Source of the DNA: Mobula hypostoma
Taxonomy: Eukaryota
NCBI RefSeq assembly: GCF_963921235.1
Contig: NC_086097.1
Coordinates: forward strand, 64,110,001-64,174,000
DNA length: 64,000 nucleotides
Direction of reading: 5' to 3'
Both the position numbers and the translations under genes were made by a program. Positions 1-11,839 of this stretch are shown one piece after another. The notes beneath the pieces are model-generated. The model was not told where the DNA came from and did no database searches. It was given only the letters and a program-made list of their open reading frames with translations. Within the stretch, counting starts at the first letter, position 1; every line of letters starts with the position of its first letter.

Positions 1-350
1 ATAATAGAGCAGAGAAACACGGTGCAAGGGTGATCACTTCGAGGTCTTGGATTGCTTAAAAAGGGTTTGATAAGGTAAATATGGAGAAAACCTTTGCACT
101 TCAGGGAAATTCCAAAACCAGGAAACGGATATTAGATTGTCACTGATAAATTCAAAGAGAATTCAGCACACATTTCTTTACCCAGTATGATAAGAATGTG
201 GAACTTGCTCTAATTTAAGGAAATATCAGAAATGCATTTGAAGTCAGGCTGGAAGAGAGGAATAGCAGAATATGTTGAAAGTCTAGATTACTGAGAGTGG
301 GTAAAGGCATGTGTGCAGCATAAATACTGACACTGAACAGTGTTTCCAAA
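1..350 (+). mobile_element. Highly degraded CR1 LINE 3' fragment
   Basis: Eroded similarity to CR1 ORF2 C-terminal DNA seen elsewhere in the window (ttctttacccagtatgataagaatgtggaac vs ttcttcacacagagagtggtgaatctgtggaat). Confidence 0.5.
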
Positions 351-849
351 CGCCTATAGGCCCAGGCAACTCTGTGTCTGTTATTGTAGCATTTGAAAAC
401 CTATACTTCTGTCTTTTACCAGTTCCTCTTTCAAATTGTTGGAAGTTGGTGGCGTGAGAGAAGTTTTGAAAGCATGTTTTCTCTTGTAGTTATGCAGACT
501 TCTGCAAACTTTGCAGGCTCTGGAATTTCCTGCCTAATTAAACTTTCTTTCCTTACCATTTGTGAGGCCCATCTGTTTGGTCATTTGGTATCTGTTTAGT
601 TGATTTCTATGTCACATTTTGTTTGAAACCACATCTCAAGGACATTGGAATGCTTTGAGGTTAAAGGCATTATATAAGCTGTTGTTTGATGTTGTACTTT
701 GAAAGAGTCAAAAAACACAACAGTGTGGTGAACACTGTAACTACTTTCAGGTCAGGTTTATGACATCTCCATTACTTTTGTATTTAATGTTCAGGTTTCT
801 CTAACTTTAGTTCATGATGCTGAGGTCAACTTTAGTATTAGTGTTGCTG

Positions 850-1046
850 TTCCTTTTGTGCCTTGTGGTGCATTGGGCAGCATTTTTGCTGTTTCTGCAG
901 CATTTGACCTTTTTTTATGAGGCTGATTTGCTAACTTGACTGTTGAATCCAGCACGGATGGAAAGAGTGCGAGGAGCCGGCCAGATCCAAACCTGGGATC
1001 ATTCGCCTTGAAGTCTGATGCTGATGCCACTACACCACCAGCCAGC
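850..1046 (-). mobile_element. tRNA-derived SINE (same family as 11623-11839), older copy
   Basis: Reverse complement reads gctggctggtggtgtagtggcatcagc...ggtttggatctggccggctcc, with A/B-box-like motifs colinear with the 11623 copy. Confidence 0.7.
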
Positions 1047-1517
1047 TGTTACTGTAATGTGTCCACGTAGTCATCAAGAATAGTATTTTATACAATTTTA
1101 GGCCAATTGTATACACAAAGTCATTTTGTATACAATAAAGTTGCCTGTTTTCCTTTTCTTTACACTCGATAAATCTAGTATTTCTCCTTCTAATTATCCA
1201 TATAGAACTATGTCAGATTATGCTATAATTCAACTTCCTTTTGTTATTTACCAGTCAATATGTTTAAAACATTTACGTTAGTTTTAATCTATCTGAGACC
1301 TTTTTGTTCACATGGGCAACACTGAAGGAGGGTAGAAAATGCAGTTTAATTTTCTGAAAATTTGCTAAGAGTTGGTTTTCTGACTGATTGACAGCCCGGT
1401 TGAATGAATTGGTCCCAGGTTAACTTCTGAGTGGAAAATACTGGTCAAACATGGATGGTCTGGGCAGAGCCAAGCTTTGAAAGCTGAAATAAGTTTGGAA
1501 TGGGTTGGTTGAAATAT

Positions 1518-1765
1518 TATAGAAACATAGAAAACCTACAGCACAATACAGGCTTTTCGGCCTACAAAGCTGTGCTGAAAATGTCCTTACTTTAGAACTA
1601 CCTAGGCTTACCCATATCCCTCTATCTTTCTAAGCTCCATATATCCATCCAGAAGTCTCTTAAAAGACCCTATCGTTTCCACTTCCACCACTGCTGCTGG
1701 CAGCCCATTCCACACATTCGCCACTCTACGTAAAAAAACTTACCCCTGACATCTCCTCTGTACCT
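1518..1765 (-). mobile_element. CR1 LINE 3' end
   Basis: atagaaacatagaaa tail followed by typical CR1 3'UTR and ORF2-end sequence. Confidence 0.75.
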
Positions 1766-1929
1766 AATATTACTGGGTACAACAGGACACTGCCCTTCAA
1801 GAGGCAAAAGTGTCTGTGACAACCTTGTTAGACTCCAATTCCACTCCATGTGGTTGGGTGCTTTGCTCTTAATTATATCAGAAATGACTAAGAAAAACGT
1901 TGAATTAAAAGGAAGCCCAGTGAAAAACA

Positions 1930-2156
1930 AGCCACACACGTCAAAGTTGTTGGTGAACGCAGCAGGCCAGGCAGCATCTCTAGGAAGAGGTGCAGCTGAC
2001 GTTTCGGGCCGAGACCCTTCGTCCTGACCCTTTGTCTCGGCCCGAAACGTTGACTGTACCTCTTCCTAGAGATGCTGTCTGGCCTGCTGCGTTCACCAAC
2101 AACTTTGATATGTGTTGCTTGAATTTCCAGCATCTGCAGATTTCCTCGTGTTTGCG
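1930..2156. mobile_element. Palindromic Penelope-like mini-element (two inverted pLTR arms)
   Basis: 1930-2023 is the reverse complement of ~2021-2119. A 13-bp TSD ccagtgaaaaaca lies at 1917-1929 and 2157-2169. The arms match the pLTR downstream of GIY-YIG-end sequence at 7768-8190. Confidence 0.85.
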
Positions 2157-2856
2157 CCAGTGAAAAACAGTTGCCCATTGGAAAATCTCACCATCAGCTT
2201 CCAGGGGAATCTAAGCATGCAGAATACATCCTATTTTATAGAATCATTCACATTCTGGAAATCTGGTAAAAGATGAATATTTACCTTGGAGACAAGTTAG
2301 AGTAGATTTTTGACAAGATTACCTCAATCATAAAAGGAGGCTGATAGTTATTCTTTTAGTTTCCTGTCAATCTTTTCTAAAGGATCTTTACGGATATTCT
2401 GACAAGCATCTGGAGAGTGATGGAGTTGAGTTAAGAGTTAGTGCTTAGAATTCTGGAGGTCCAATGTAGTGGCAATTTCAGGTACGAAAAAGAAACTTTA
2501 CTCAAGCTTATCGGCCAGATTTTTCTAATGTTGGGGATCTCATTTTTAGATTTAGGTTTTATAAGTGTAGCTCGATAATGGCATAGCAAAGTAACAAGAC
2601 AAACATTAAAGGGCGGAGAATCAGAGGACGCAGAAAGAAGGTGAACTACTCTGGATGAGTTTAGTTTCAAAGTGGATACAAAAGAGAAAACCAAAAGAAA
2701 ACTGAGTTTCAAAGAGAGAAAAAAGATAGGAAAAGAATATAACTTTTAAAAAAATGACATTCCAGTGTATCCTGAAATATTTCACAACATTAAGAACTGA
2801 GATTAAACATTTTAAATAGGTTTTATTCTTGATCAATGAAGTTGATTGGGATTCCG

Positions 2857-3450
2857 TTAACCATACAACAATTACAGCACGGAAACAGGCCATCTCAGCC
2901 CTTCTAGTCCATGCCGAACGCTTACTCTCACCTAGTCCCACCGACCTGCACTCAGCCCATAACCCTCCATTCCTTTCCTGTCCATATAGCTATCCAATTT
3001 AACTTTAAATGACAATATCAAACCTGCCTCAGCCACTTCTGCTGGATGCTCATTCCACACAGCTACCACTCTCTGACTAAAGAAGTTCCCCCTCATGTTA
3101 CCCCTAAACTTTTGCCCTTTAACTCTCAACTTATGTCCTCTTGTTTGAATCTTCCCTACTCTCAATGGAAAAAACCTATCCACGTCAACTCTATCAATCC
3201 CCCTCATAATTTTAAATACCTCTATCAAGTCCCCCCTCAACCTTCTGCAATCCAAAGAATAAAGACCCAACTTGTTCAACCTTTCTCTGTAACTTAGGTG
3301 ATGAAACCCAGGTAATATTCTAGTAAATCTTCTCTGTACTCTCTCTATTTTGTTGACACCTTTCCTATAATTCGGTGACCAGAACTGTACACAATACTCC
3401 AAATTTGGCCTTGTACAATTTCAACATTACATCCCAACTCCTATACTCAA
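2857..3450 (-). mobile_element. CR1 LINE, 5'-truncated (ORF2 C-terminus, ORF 2932-3402)
   Basis: Translation EYCVQFWSP...ERVQRRFTR...RRLRGDLIEVFK...FFSQRVV is a typical CR1 ORF2 C-terminus. Confidence 0.92.
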
Positions 3451-4739
3451 TTAAGGACTAAATAGGGAAGGAAGGTATTGCACTCTAGTTAGCAAGGCAG
3501 TGTAAATTAGCTCGAGAGTTGTAACAATTTGTACTAATTTGTTGATGACTTAAGTTTTCAGTGAAATCAGAATTTGCATCAAAACAGATCTTTACAATCT
3601 AAGGGTTTGCCAACAGTGTCATCTTTAATAAAACCTTGTACTTCCTGCTATTTCTGGATGGTGTTGAAGCTTTCATAATACTTTCTCTTTCTATCACTTT
3701 CATGATTACTGAAAACAAAAGTGACAGAAGGAATTTCTTCTGAAGAATGCAATTGAAAGTACTGGTCACAGAGCTATTTCCATTAAAATTGATATATGGG
3801 AGCTCTACCAAGTGGCCGGGATATTGAATGCAGGGTCCATTTGCAATGCCTATTCTAATTCCTTTGCAAATTTGCTTTCAGACAAAGGTAAATTTTAATG
3901 TGAACTTTCCACTTCAATTCTGTCCTCTTTGCAATAGTGTAACTGATATATCATAAATGAAATGTATTAAAGACAATAGACTAGCATACAAATAAAGAGT
4001 GATTCTATAAATAAACGCTATTGGTTGGAAATTGATTGGGACCTTTAGACAGGAAAACCATGGCATGAGTTTGATCCAGTAGTGAATGTGAACTGTACTG
4101 AACACCCAAGTCTCTTTGAAGACTATCTGCAAAGTCCATTTCTTTTTCAATTTATTAAAATGTAGTTTGTAATCATGGTACTGCAATAGTATCATCTGTG
4201 AGAAAGTGTTTTTAGCAATAATTATGATAATCAAAAGTAAAACAGATTGCAAACATTGTATTTCACTCATAGGTTGTCATCAGGGGGAGAGAGTGAACTT
4301 GCTGATCAGTATCTAAGACAGAGCTAGGTATATTCCTGCAAGTAGTCATACTTTATTGATCCCGGGAGAAATCGGTTTTCCCCCGTAGAAGTAGAAGATA
4401 TCTCAAGATAGGAAAGCCACTAAATGCTGATAAATCAGCTTACCTTGGCCTCCTGAACTTTGTGTGCTTAACTTTCAGATTGGAGAGGAGATTCCCAAAA
4501 TATCCCACACTCCCATAAATTAACCAAAAGCTTTTCCATTTTGTTTCCTGCTGGGTGGTGATTACCTGAGTACAGGGTAGATTTCACAAGTCATTAAGTG
4601 AGTCACTATGGGCTGTGCCATGAGTTTATCCAAATGTGAATCGAATGTTATCTAACCCCTGCCTTAATCATGCACCATTCTGCGGAACTAACAAATGAAA
4701 TAAAAGCAAGATACATTTTGTGTGAATATATGAGGCTGT

Positions 4740-5050
4740 ATGACCAGCATGTATAATGAGTGCACTGCATGCATGTGTCCATTGAGTACTTGTATGTTTG
4801 TATCAATTTGTCCAGGTGTGTAGTGTGCACTCATAAATGTGTTTCCATATACCCACTTATGTATGCGCCTGTTTGGGTATCTGCGTGTACATTATCAATG
4901 TGCATGTACATTATTCTGTGCATACATGTCCACATATACTTTTTATATGTGTATAGGTGTACATCATATATGCTTTGGCATCTGTATTTGTATAACTGTG
5001 TGTCTCCTTCCATGTGGGCATGTACATATGTTTCCATTTGTGTGCATGAA
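4740..5050. repeat. Degenerate TG/TA-rich low-complexity tract (similar tract at ~5620-5750)
   Basis: Alternating purine-pyrimidine runs (gtgtgt, atgtat). The overlapping ORFs are C/V/Y/M/H-rich artefacts. Confidence 0.7.
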
Positions 5051-5958
5051 CGTAATTAAGCCCCTGGCGCTGGGGAAGTTGTTTTTCCTTCCACTGAATT
5101 TGGAGACTGTTGCTGAGAGGCTGTTAGTGGTGTTTTTTGAGTGACTTGAGTCATCTGCTCCAGTTGATAATGCCAGACAGATCACATCATTCACATGCCA
5201 GTCTCCAGACATCTAAGAGAGACAAGCTTTTCCAAACTCTGGCGTGGAGGGCATTACCAGGTCAAAGGAGGAAAAGTTACAAAGATATGCCTCAATACCG
5301 TCTTGAAAAAGTACAATGCCCCCCAGCCCCTGGGGACCTCTGGTTTTTGATGGATCAAATTAGAGAAGCTGCACTTGGTATGGTAGTTAATATCTTGAGT
5401 CCATGCATTGGAAGCAGACAGAAGTAAACTACAGAAGGAACACGTCCTCTCACAATCTACTATCCTCCTGCCCTTTCAGGGACCCGCTGTCTAATTAATG
5501 TAAGGGTCTGCAGTTCCCACAATGGCATCATCAGTCACCACTGAACCCTCAACACTGGATTGCAAACAAGTTACCCCTGTTCCCAAGAGACTGGATAAAA
5601 GACATGGGTGTTTATCCATGTATACATGTGAACCTGTGTGCTCATGTATGCACCATGTATATGCATGTATAGAAGAGACAGAATTTGTAACCATTAATGT
5701 GGATGTGTGTGTGTTTGTGTGTCTATGATGTATGTCTGGGTATACATTCAACAGCATTATTGAATAAAGTATGCCTGAAATAAAGATTTAACAAAGTATT
5801 GAATATTCTGTTGACTATTGTTTAATACATTTTTAGATTAAATGTGAGAAAGTCCATTTTTATCTTACGATTTTAATTTCTTTCCATTTTATAACTTACA
5901 CTACAGTCATGATAATGCATTAAAATGTTTTGGTATTTTTTAAGTTATAATTAAGACA

Positions 5959-6696
5959 CGGTACTGTGCAAATGTGTTAGGCATATATATATAGCTAGGG
6001 TCCCATAGAACCATAGAACCATAGAAACTACAGCACAGAAACAGGCCTTTTGGCCCTTCTTGGTTGTGCCGAACCATTTTCTGCCTAGTCCCACTGACCT
6101 GCACACGGACCATATCCCTCCATACACCTCCCATCCATGTATCTGTCCAATTTATTCTTAAATGTTAAAAAAGAACCCGCATTTACCACCTCGTCTGGCA
6201 GCTCATTCCATACTCCCACCACTCTCTGTGTGAAGAAGCCCCCCCTAATGTTCCCTTTAAACTTTTCCCCCCTCACCCTTAACCCATGTCCTCTGGTTTT
6301 TTTCTCCCCTTGCCTCAGTGGAAAAAGCCTGCTTGCATTCACTCTATCTATACCCATCATAATTTTATATACCTGTATCAAATCTCCCCTCATTCTTCTA
6401 CGCTCCAGGGAATAAAGTCCTAACCTATTCAACCTTTCTCTGTAACTGAGTTTCTCAAGTCCTGGCAACATCCTTGTAAACCTTCTCTGCACTCTTTCAA
6501 CCTTATTTATATCCTTCCTGTAATTTGGTGACCAAAACTGAACACAATACTCCAGATTCGGCCTCACCAATGCCTTATACAACCTCATCATAACATTCCA
6601 GCTCTTATACTCAATACTTTGATTAATAAAGGCTAATGTACCAAAAGCTCTCTTTACAACCCTATCCAAAGTCCCTAAGAACTTTGCATTGTACTG
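5959..6696. mobile_element. Small palindromic Tc1-type MITE split by a CR1 insertion
   Basis: TIR halves gtactgtgcaaatgtgttaggca and taagaactttgcattgtactg; an uninterrupted sibling lies at 7098-7226. Confidence 0.65.
6005..6670 (-). mobile_element. Young CR1 LINE, 5'-truncated (ORF 6085-6669)
   Basis: Uninterrupted 194-aa CR1 ORF2 C-terminus, (atagaacc)n tail, TSD gtccc at 6000-6004 and 6671-6675. Confidence 0.93.
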
Positions 6697-7097
6697 TTGT
6701 CATTTTATGTATTACACTGTAATGCTGCTGCAAAAAATCTAATTTCATGACATATATGAGTGATGATAAACCTGATTGTGATATGGGTCTCTATTGTGGA
6801 CTGAGAGTGGGAAGGGGACAGGGAGAGGGGAATCTTGGTTGGGAAAAGGGTAAAGGAGAGGGGAGGGAGTGGGAAGAACCAAAGAGACCTTCTGTAATGA
6901 TCAATAAACCAATTGTTTGGAATCAACTGACCTTGACTGGTGTCTCAGGAATGGGTGTGTCTGTACCCACACCACCCCCTGCCCTGGTGCTCTCTCGCTG
7001 CCACCTGTCCCACACCCCTCCCACCATGCTCCATCTTCCCCATTCCTTTGCTCCAGCCAGACTTACAAACCCACTCTCGGCTCCACGTTGACAAGTA

Positions 7098-7137
7098 CAG
7101 TACTGTGCAAAAATCTTAGGCACCCAAGCTATATGTA

Positions 7138-7180
<43 letters not shown>

Positions 7181-7226
7181 GAACGTGTATATCTATATAT
7201 ATGGCTAAGACTTTTGCACAGTATGG
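7098..7226. mobile_element. Tc1-type MITE with microsatellite core
   Basis: TA|cagtactgtgcaaaaatcttagg ... ctaagacttttgcacagtatgg|TA, with (CT)n(AT)n in the centre. Confidence 0.75.
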
Positions 7227-7767
7227 TACATTCGAGGTAATTATTACAGGGTCAAACAGGAAAGTACAACAGATCACAAATGAAAATTGCCTTGAGGGTA
7301 ATTCCTGATTACATAAAACAGTATAGTCAAATAAGAAAATTACTCAATTTGAATAATAAAATAACTCACACAAATACAAATCTCTGACATCTGAAAGATA
7401 TCCAATGGAGGAAGGTCTTTAGAAGACAAGTTATCCACTGAAATTGGAGAGGATCCTGAAATTTACCGAATGCAGTGGATTCTGGTTAATTGGGACACAA
7501 ATGGGACCAGTACATTTTGGCCCAATTCAGCAGCTGCCTCAATTAGCTGAAGCTCCATGGAAATAATTAAAAAGGTATAAAAAAAGACAAACTACCTTTT
7601 AGTTGTGTAACTAATTATGCATTTAAATGAAACACATAGAAAATTAGAACACTATCAATACTACTACAGTATACTAAAACTGTGTATTGCTAATAGTTAT
7701 CGGCAAAGTAGTGTAAGCTGACATGTTCCTTTGATTGACTGTAAATGAACAAAATAATCATAGACAT

Positions 7768-8190
7768 GAACATTGACTTCTCAAACTTCTGCTAATGCCC
7801 CACCTCCCCCTCATACCCCAACCCTTATTTATTTATATACTCACATTCTTTTTCTCTCTCTCCTTTTTCTCCCTCTGTCCCTCTCACTATACCCCTTGCC
7901 CATCCTCTGGGTTTTCCCCCCCTCCCCCTTTTCTTTCTCCCTGGGCCTCCTGTCCCGTAATCCTCTCATATCCCTTTTACCAATCACCTGTCCAGCTCTT
8001 GGCTCCATCCCTCCTCCTCCTGTCTTCTCCTATCATTTCGGATCTTCCCCCCCCCCACTTTCAAATCTCTTACTATCTCTTCTTTCAGTTAGTCCTGACG
8101 AAGGGTCTCGGCCTGAAACGTCGACTGTACCTCTTCCTAGAGATGCTGCCTGGCCTGCTGCGTTCACCAGCAACTTTGATGTGTGTTGCC
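7768..8190 (+). mobile_element. Penelope-like element 3' fragment (end of GIY-YIG, pyrimidine-rich UTR, pLTR)
   Basis: Begins with (M)NIDFSNFC*, matching the GMNIEFSNFW end of ORF 15352-15768. TSD tagacat at 7761-7767 and 8191-8197. Confidence 0.85.
8091..8126 (+). ncRNA. Minimal type I hammerhead ribozyme motif (best-preserved copy)
   Basis: agtc-CTGACGA-A-GGGT(CTCG)GCCT-GAAA-CGTC-gact. Catalytic boxes are intact, stem I is agtc/gact, stem II is a hairpin, and an ACGT palindrome replaces stem III. Confidence 0.8.
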
Positions 8191-9147
8191 TAGACATCTA
8201 GTGTAGATTTGGGACTGCCTTCATACAAAGCTATCAACAAATGCATCCTCCAAATCTTTACTTTTGTTGTAACATTAAAGATGATAGTCAATACCTTCAA
8301 ATTCTTCAAAGTTTCTAATTTGTAGTGAAATCGTTTCATTTTCACTCCTGGCCATTTCTGGCATCTCCAAGCCTGAATGCCTGAAGCCACAGTAGGCAAA
8401 ACAGTTCAGAATTGTGTCTTACTGCTTATTTCTCTGCAACTATCAGTGATAAAAGTCATTTCTTTTTGAACGCAAGTGCACGCACCTGAAACTATTTAAA
8501 AACTGTTTGCTCTAAGCATAGTGTAGTGTTTAACGGCCACACAAGTGCACATGTCTGATGCTAGTTAGAAACTGTTTGGCACCAATAAACTTCTGCACCA
8601 ATAAAGTAGCCTAGTGTACCAAATAAACGAAGGGAATTCTGGCTATTTTCCCGATTAATTTTTGTTCTTTAAGGGTTGTCCCAAATAAGCAGATACCCCA
8701 ATTAACTGGAATCCATTGTATTCTGCTTTACATTAGATTTTACAATACAAAAACAAAATATCAAGTGCAGCTTGTATTTTCTCATTTGTTTGTACTACTT
8801 ATCTGTCAAACTTTCATAAAATACTCTTATAATTGCTGCTTTAAGAGAATATAGCACAACTATATTGTAGATCTGCCGATTACACAGACTTGCCTCAAAC
8901 CATGAGCTATTTTTAGCTGCACATTTTGCACAGAGTATACCTTGACAGTAGAAAGTCTCTGCAAAATCATTTGAATTAAGCTGCTGGATAGGTAAACCAG
9001 TATCAGTGTCTTTGCCCCGCCCATCCTCAGCACTGAGAGTCCTCTGATGCTCAACAAGTATCAGTGGCTAGATTGCACTACCCCATGCCTGAGACCAGAC
9101 TTCCAGTTATGCCCCCTTAAAATATCACCCAGAACCTAGAGAAAGTT

Positions 9148-9276
9148 GCAAGGGCCTCGGTCCGAAATGTCAACTGTGCTCTTTTCCGTAGATGCTGCCT
9201 GGCCTGCTGAGTTCCTCCAGCATTTTGTGTGTGTTGCCTGGATTCCCAGCATCTGCAGATTTTCTCTTGTTTGTGA
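9148..9276 (+). mobile_element. Penelope-like solo pLTR with tail
   Basis: aagggcctcggtccgaaatgtcaactg...agatgctgcctggcctgctg...ccagcatctgcagattttctc, colinear with the other pLTR copies. Confidence 0.8.
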
Positions 9277-10029
9277 ACGTTACAAGGAGTATTTCATTGC
9301 AAGAAAGAACTATTGGATTCAGCACAGCACCACACGATGACAGAAAACCATCTGAGCATGTCATATCAAATCTTCAGTTAAGCTTGCTCTGTACACCCAT
9401 ATAGAAATTGCTCTGTAGGATCCATATAAAGTCTACAAGTAAATGCAATGTAATGAATAACTTGTGTTACTAATACACCAAAATTGCAAAATCTGGCCTA
9501 ATTCAACAATACAAACAAGGCAAAACAGAGGAAATTAAGATAGTTCCATAAAGACAGGGAAACCCTGTGCAGATGTTCTCAAAGTATTCTTGAGAGAAAT
9601 GTTACATCCTCACTCTCCCTTGGGAATCCCTAGCTCTGCAATGCACAAAAAGGAGAAGGAACATACAGAAAAAACGCTGAGCTCCTTGAGTCACAATTGC
9701 AGGAGCACGTGGGGTTCTACAGAGACACTGACAAAGCACACAACTTGCAAAGTCCCTGTTCTGTCCACACCATCTAAGGCAGAGGCTGTGTATCCTACGT
9801 AAGACTCTACAGCCCTGAGGACTCACAGAAATGAAATAGAATGGAAGTTTAGAAACCCTAATCCTGAGGGATTACTTTACACAAAGACATTCCAGTTTTT
9901 TGCTGTGTAGTCAGCGTGAGGGGGGTCCATGGAAGAGAGACTGAGGCTTTCTTAAATTTCTATCATATCCTTTGGAAGTTTCACTTTCTTTTAAAGGATA
10001 ATAAATAATGATTATTCTCCCATAGCAAG

Positions 10030-11560
10030 TCAATTTCAAAATACATTATTATCAAGGTAGTTATACAGGAGACAACTCTGATTAATCCTCCCTCAGGCAA
10101 CCACGAAACAAAGAAACAGCATGGAATCAACTCCTAGAAAAACCAAAAACACCCGATGCCCAAAAAAGACAAAGAACAAATCGAGCAAGCAGCACATTGA
10201 GTATCAACATCAAGGCTACGTCTACACTACGCCGGATAATTTTGAAAACGCCGGTTTTGAGTAAAATGACAGGCGTACACACTAAGCGTTTTTCAAAATA
10301 TCTCTGTCCACACTAACGCGGATATTTGGGCGAATCTCCTCTACTGGGCACACGCAGGACACACAGAAAACAAGCGAAGAGGAAACGGTATACTTAGTGT
10401 GCGTTTGTCCAGTTACAGAGTAGAAAAACTTAAAAGGAATTGCTCTTGGCTCTCGCGCAGGAGGACTTAAAACTAAAAGAAAACAGATACTGGAGCGTAT
10501 GGAGGCAACCGACAGGGAGTTCACAGACAGTATGACCCAGCTGACAACGAACATTGAAAAACTGACTAACTCTGTTGCATTAATAAAGCACCTTGTTAAA
10601 TGTATAAAACATGTCTGCATCAGTGTTATCTTGTATTTCCATACAATGTTACGTTAGGCTGTTACACATCTATTGTCAGAGAAGTACTTGCATAAATGGG
10701 TAAACCACCTTCATACAAGCAAGGACAGAAAACAGGGCAAAGTGAGTATAATTATTTATTCAGCAAACTACGGGTCAAAGTATTTGGTGAGTACATTTCT
10801 AACTCTTCTGGCTTCAGTCACATTGCCACCTGTTCTGAAATTGTTAGGTTCTGCGAAGCGTGGAATCAAATATCGCTGTGATGATTGTACGCTCTAGTAT
10901 CAATTGTTTGGCGACAATAAAGTAGTAATAATAATAATAATAATAATTAGAAGAAGAAAGTAATGAAATGCCGTGCTGCCGCCATCTGTTCCGGCACGTC
11001 ATGGCAGCGGTTTTAAAAAGCTCCGGTTACCCCATACACACTGCAAAGGATATTAGGCGCTTTGAGATTTATTCACACTGGAGACCGTTTCTGAAAATCT
11101 CCGTTTTCGAGGGATGAAAACGCCGTTTTAGTGTGGACAGAGGGTCAAAACGAAGAGAAAAAGCTTTGTTTTCAAAATTATCCGGTGTAGTGTGGATGTA
11201 GCCCAAACCAGAAATCCAGGAGTATTCAGTTTAGTTCGGTTCAGCACCATTAGCTGACTACAGACCATGGAGCCAGTCTTCACCGAAGCGCCCCCGTGCT
11301 CACTGATCGGCCTCATCAAACCGCTTAGAATTCTGTAACACATGCAACATGAACCTCAACATCCCACAGCCGCGAGTCTTGGAATCCAAGATTCCTGCAC
11401 TTCCTTCTGACAGCAGTTAATGAGAGGAAGAGGGAGACCCGTCAGATATGGCGCTGAACACCTGCCTGTCCTCTGCTCTCATCTTTGTTGGTTTTCAACC
11501 TTGCTCGATGCCTCAATCAGAGAGAAGCAATCGAGTCAATCCTGGGCTCGTGTTTTCACA
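10030..11560 (-). mobile_element. Non-coding element with a Rex1-type tail, host of the Harbinger insertion
   Basis: Left end resembles the minus-strand Rex1 3' tails in this window (tttattatcaag...acaactctga). Boundaries are approximate. Confidence 0.4.
10214..11203. mobile_element. PIF/Harbinger-type non-autonomous DNA transposon
   Basis: ~36-bp TIRs ggctacgtctacactacgccggataattttgaaaac and gttttcaaaattatccggtgtagtgtggatgtagcc, 3-bp TSD caa, subterminal inverted repeats. Confidence 0.85.
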
Positions 11561-11622
11561 ATTCAACCAATGAAAACTAATCTGTTAGTCATTTTAAAGT
11601 TTATTTGGTTGCTATAGTGATC

Positions 11623-11839
11623 GCCGGCTGGTGGCGTAGTGGCATCAGCGCCGGACTTCGGAGCAAAGGCTCACGAGTTCGAATCCAGCCGGCTCCCTTG
11701 CACGCTTTCGATCTGTGCTGGGTTGAGCGTCGAGCTAGCAACTCGGCCTTGTAAAAATAAGAAAGCCTGCTAAAAAAAAATGCCATCATGACAGCGTCCT
11801 GATGACTCCACTCGGAGTTAAGGGCTTCTTCTTTTTCTT
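11623..11839 (+). mobile_element. Young tRNA-derived SINE
   Basis: A box tggcgtagtgg, B box gagttcgaatcc, head closed by gccggctgg/ccagccggc, (ttc)-rich tail, 11-bp TSD ctatagtgatc at 11612-11622 and 11840-11850. Confidence 0.9.

Larger units (their letters stand above)
7473..8718. mobile_element. Non-autonomous pogo/Tigger-like DNA transposon
   Basis: TIRs cagtggattctggttaattggg and cccaattaactggaatccattg followed by TA. Interrupted by a PLE at 7768-8190. Confidence 0.7.

Noticed and set aside
4648..5757. Cys/His/Tyr-rich overlapping ORFs
   Set aside because: They are translations of degenerate TG/TA repeats.
7773..8201. Pro/Leu/Ser-rich ORFs (also 15033-15374 and 28250-28693)
   Set aside because: They arise from the low-complexity pyrimidine-rich PLE 3'UTR.
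9590..9803. 70-aa ORF ending at a gtaag donor-like site
   Set aside because: No homology recognised and no partner exons found.
11623..11696. tRNA gene
   Set aside because: The tRNA-like head continues into a SINE body, tail and TSD, and a diverged sibling lies at 850-1046.
11797..11826. Hammerhead-like CTGATGA-CTCC(ACTC)GGAG in the SINE tail
   Set aside because: There is no GAAA box after the hairpin. It is more likely the LINE-recognition stem-loop.
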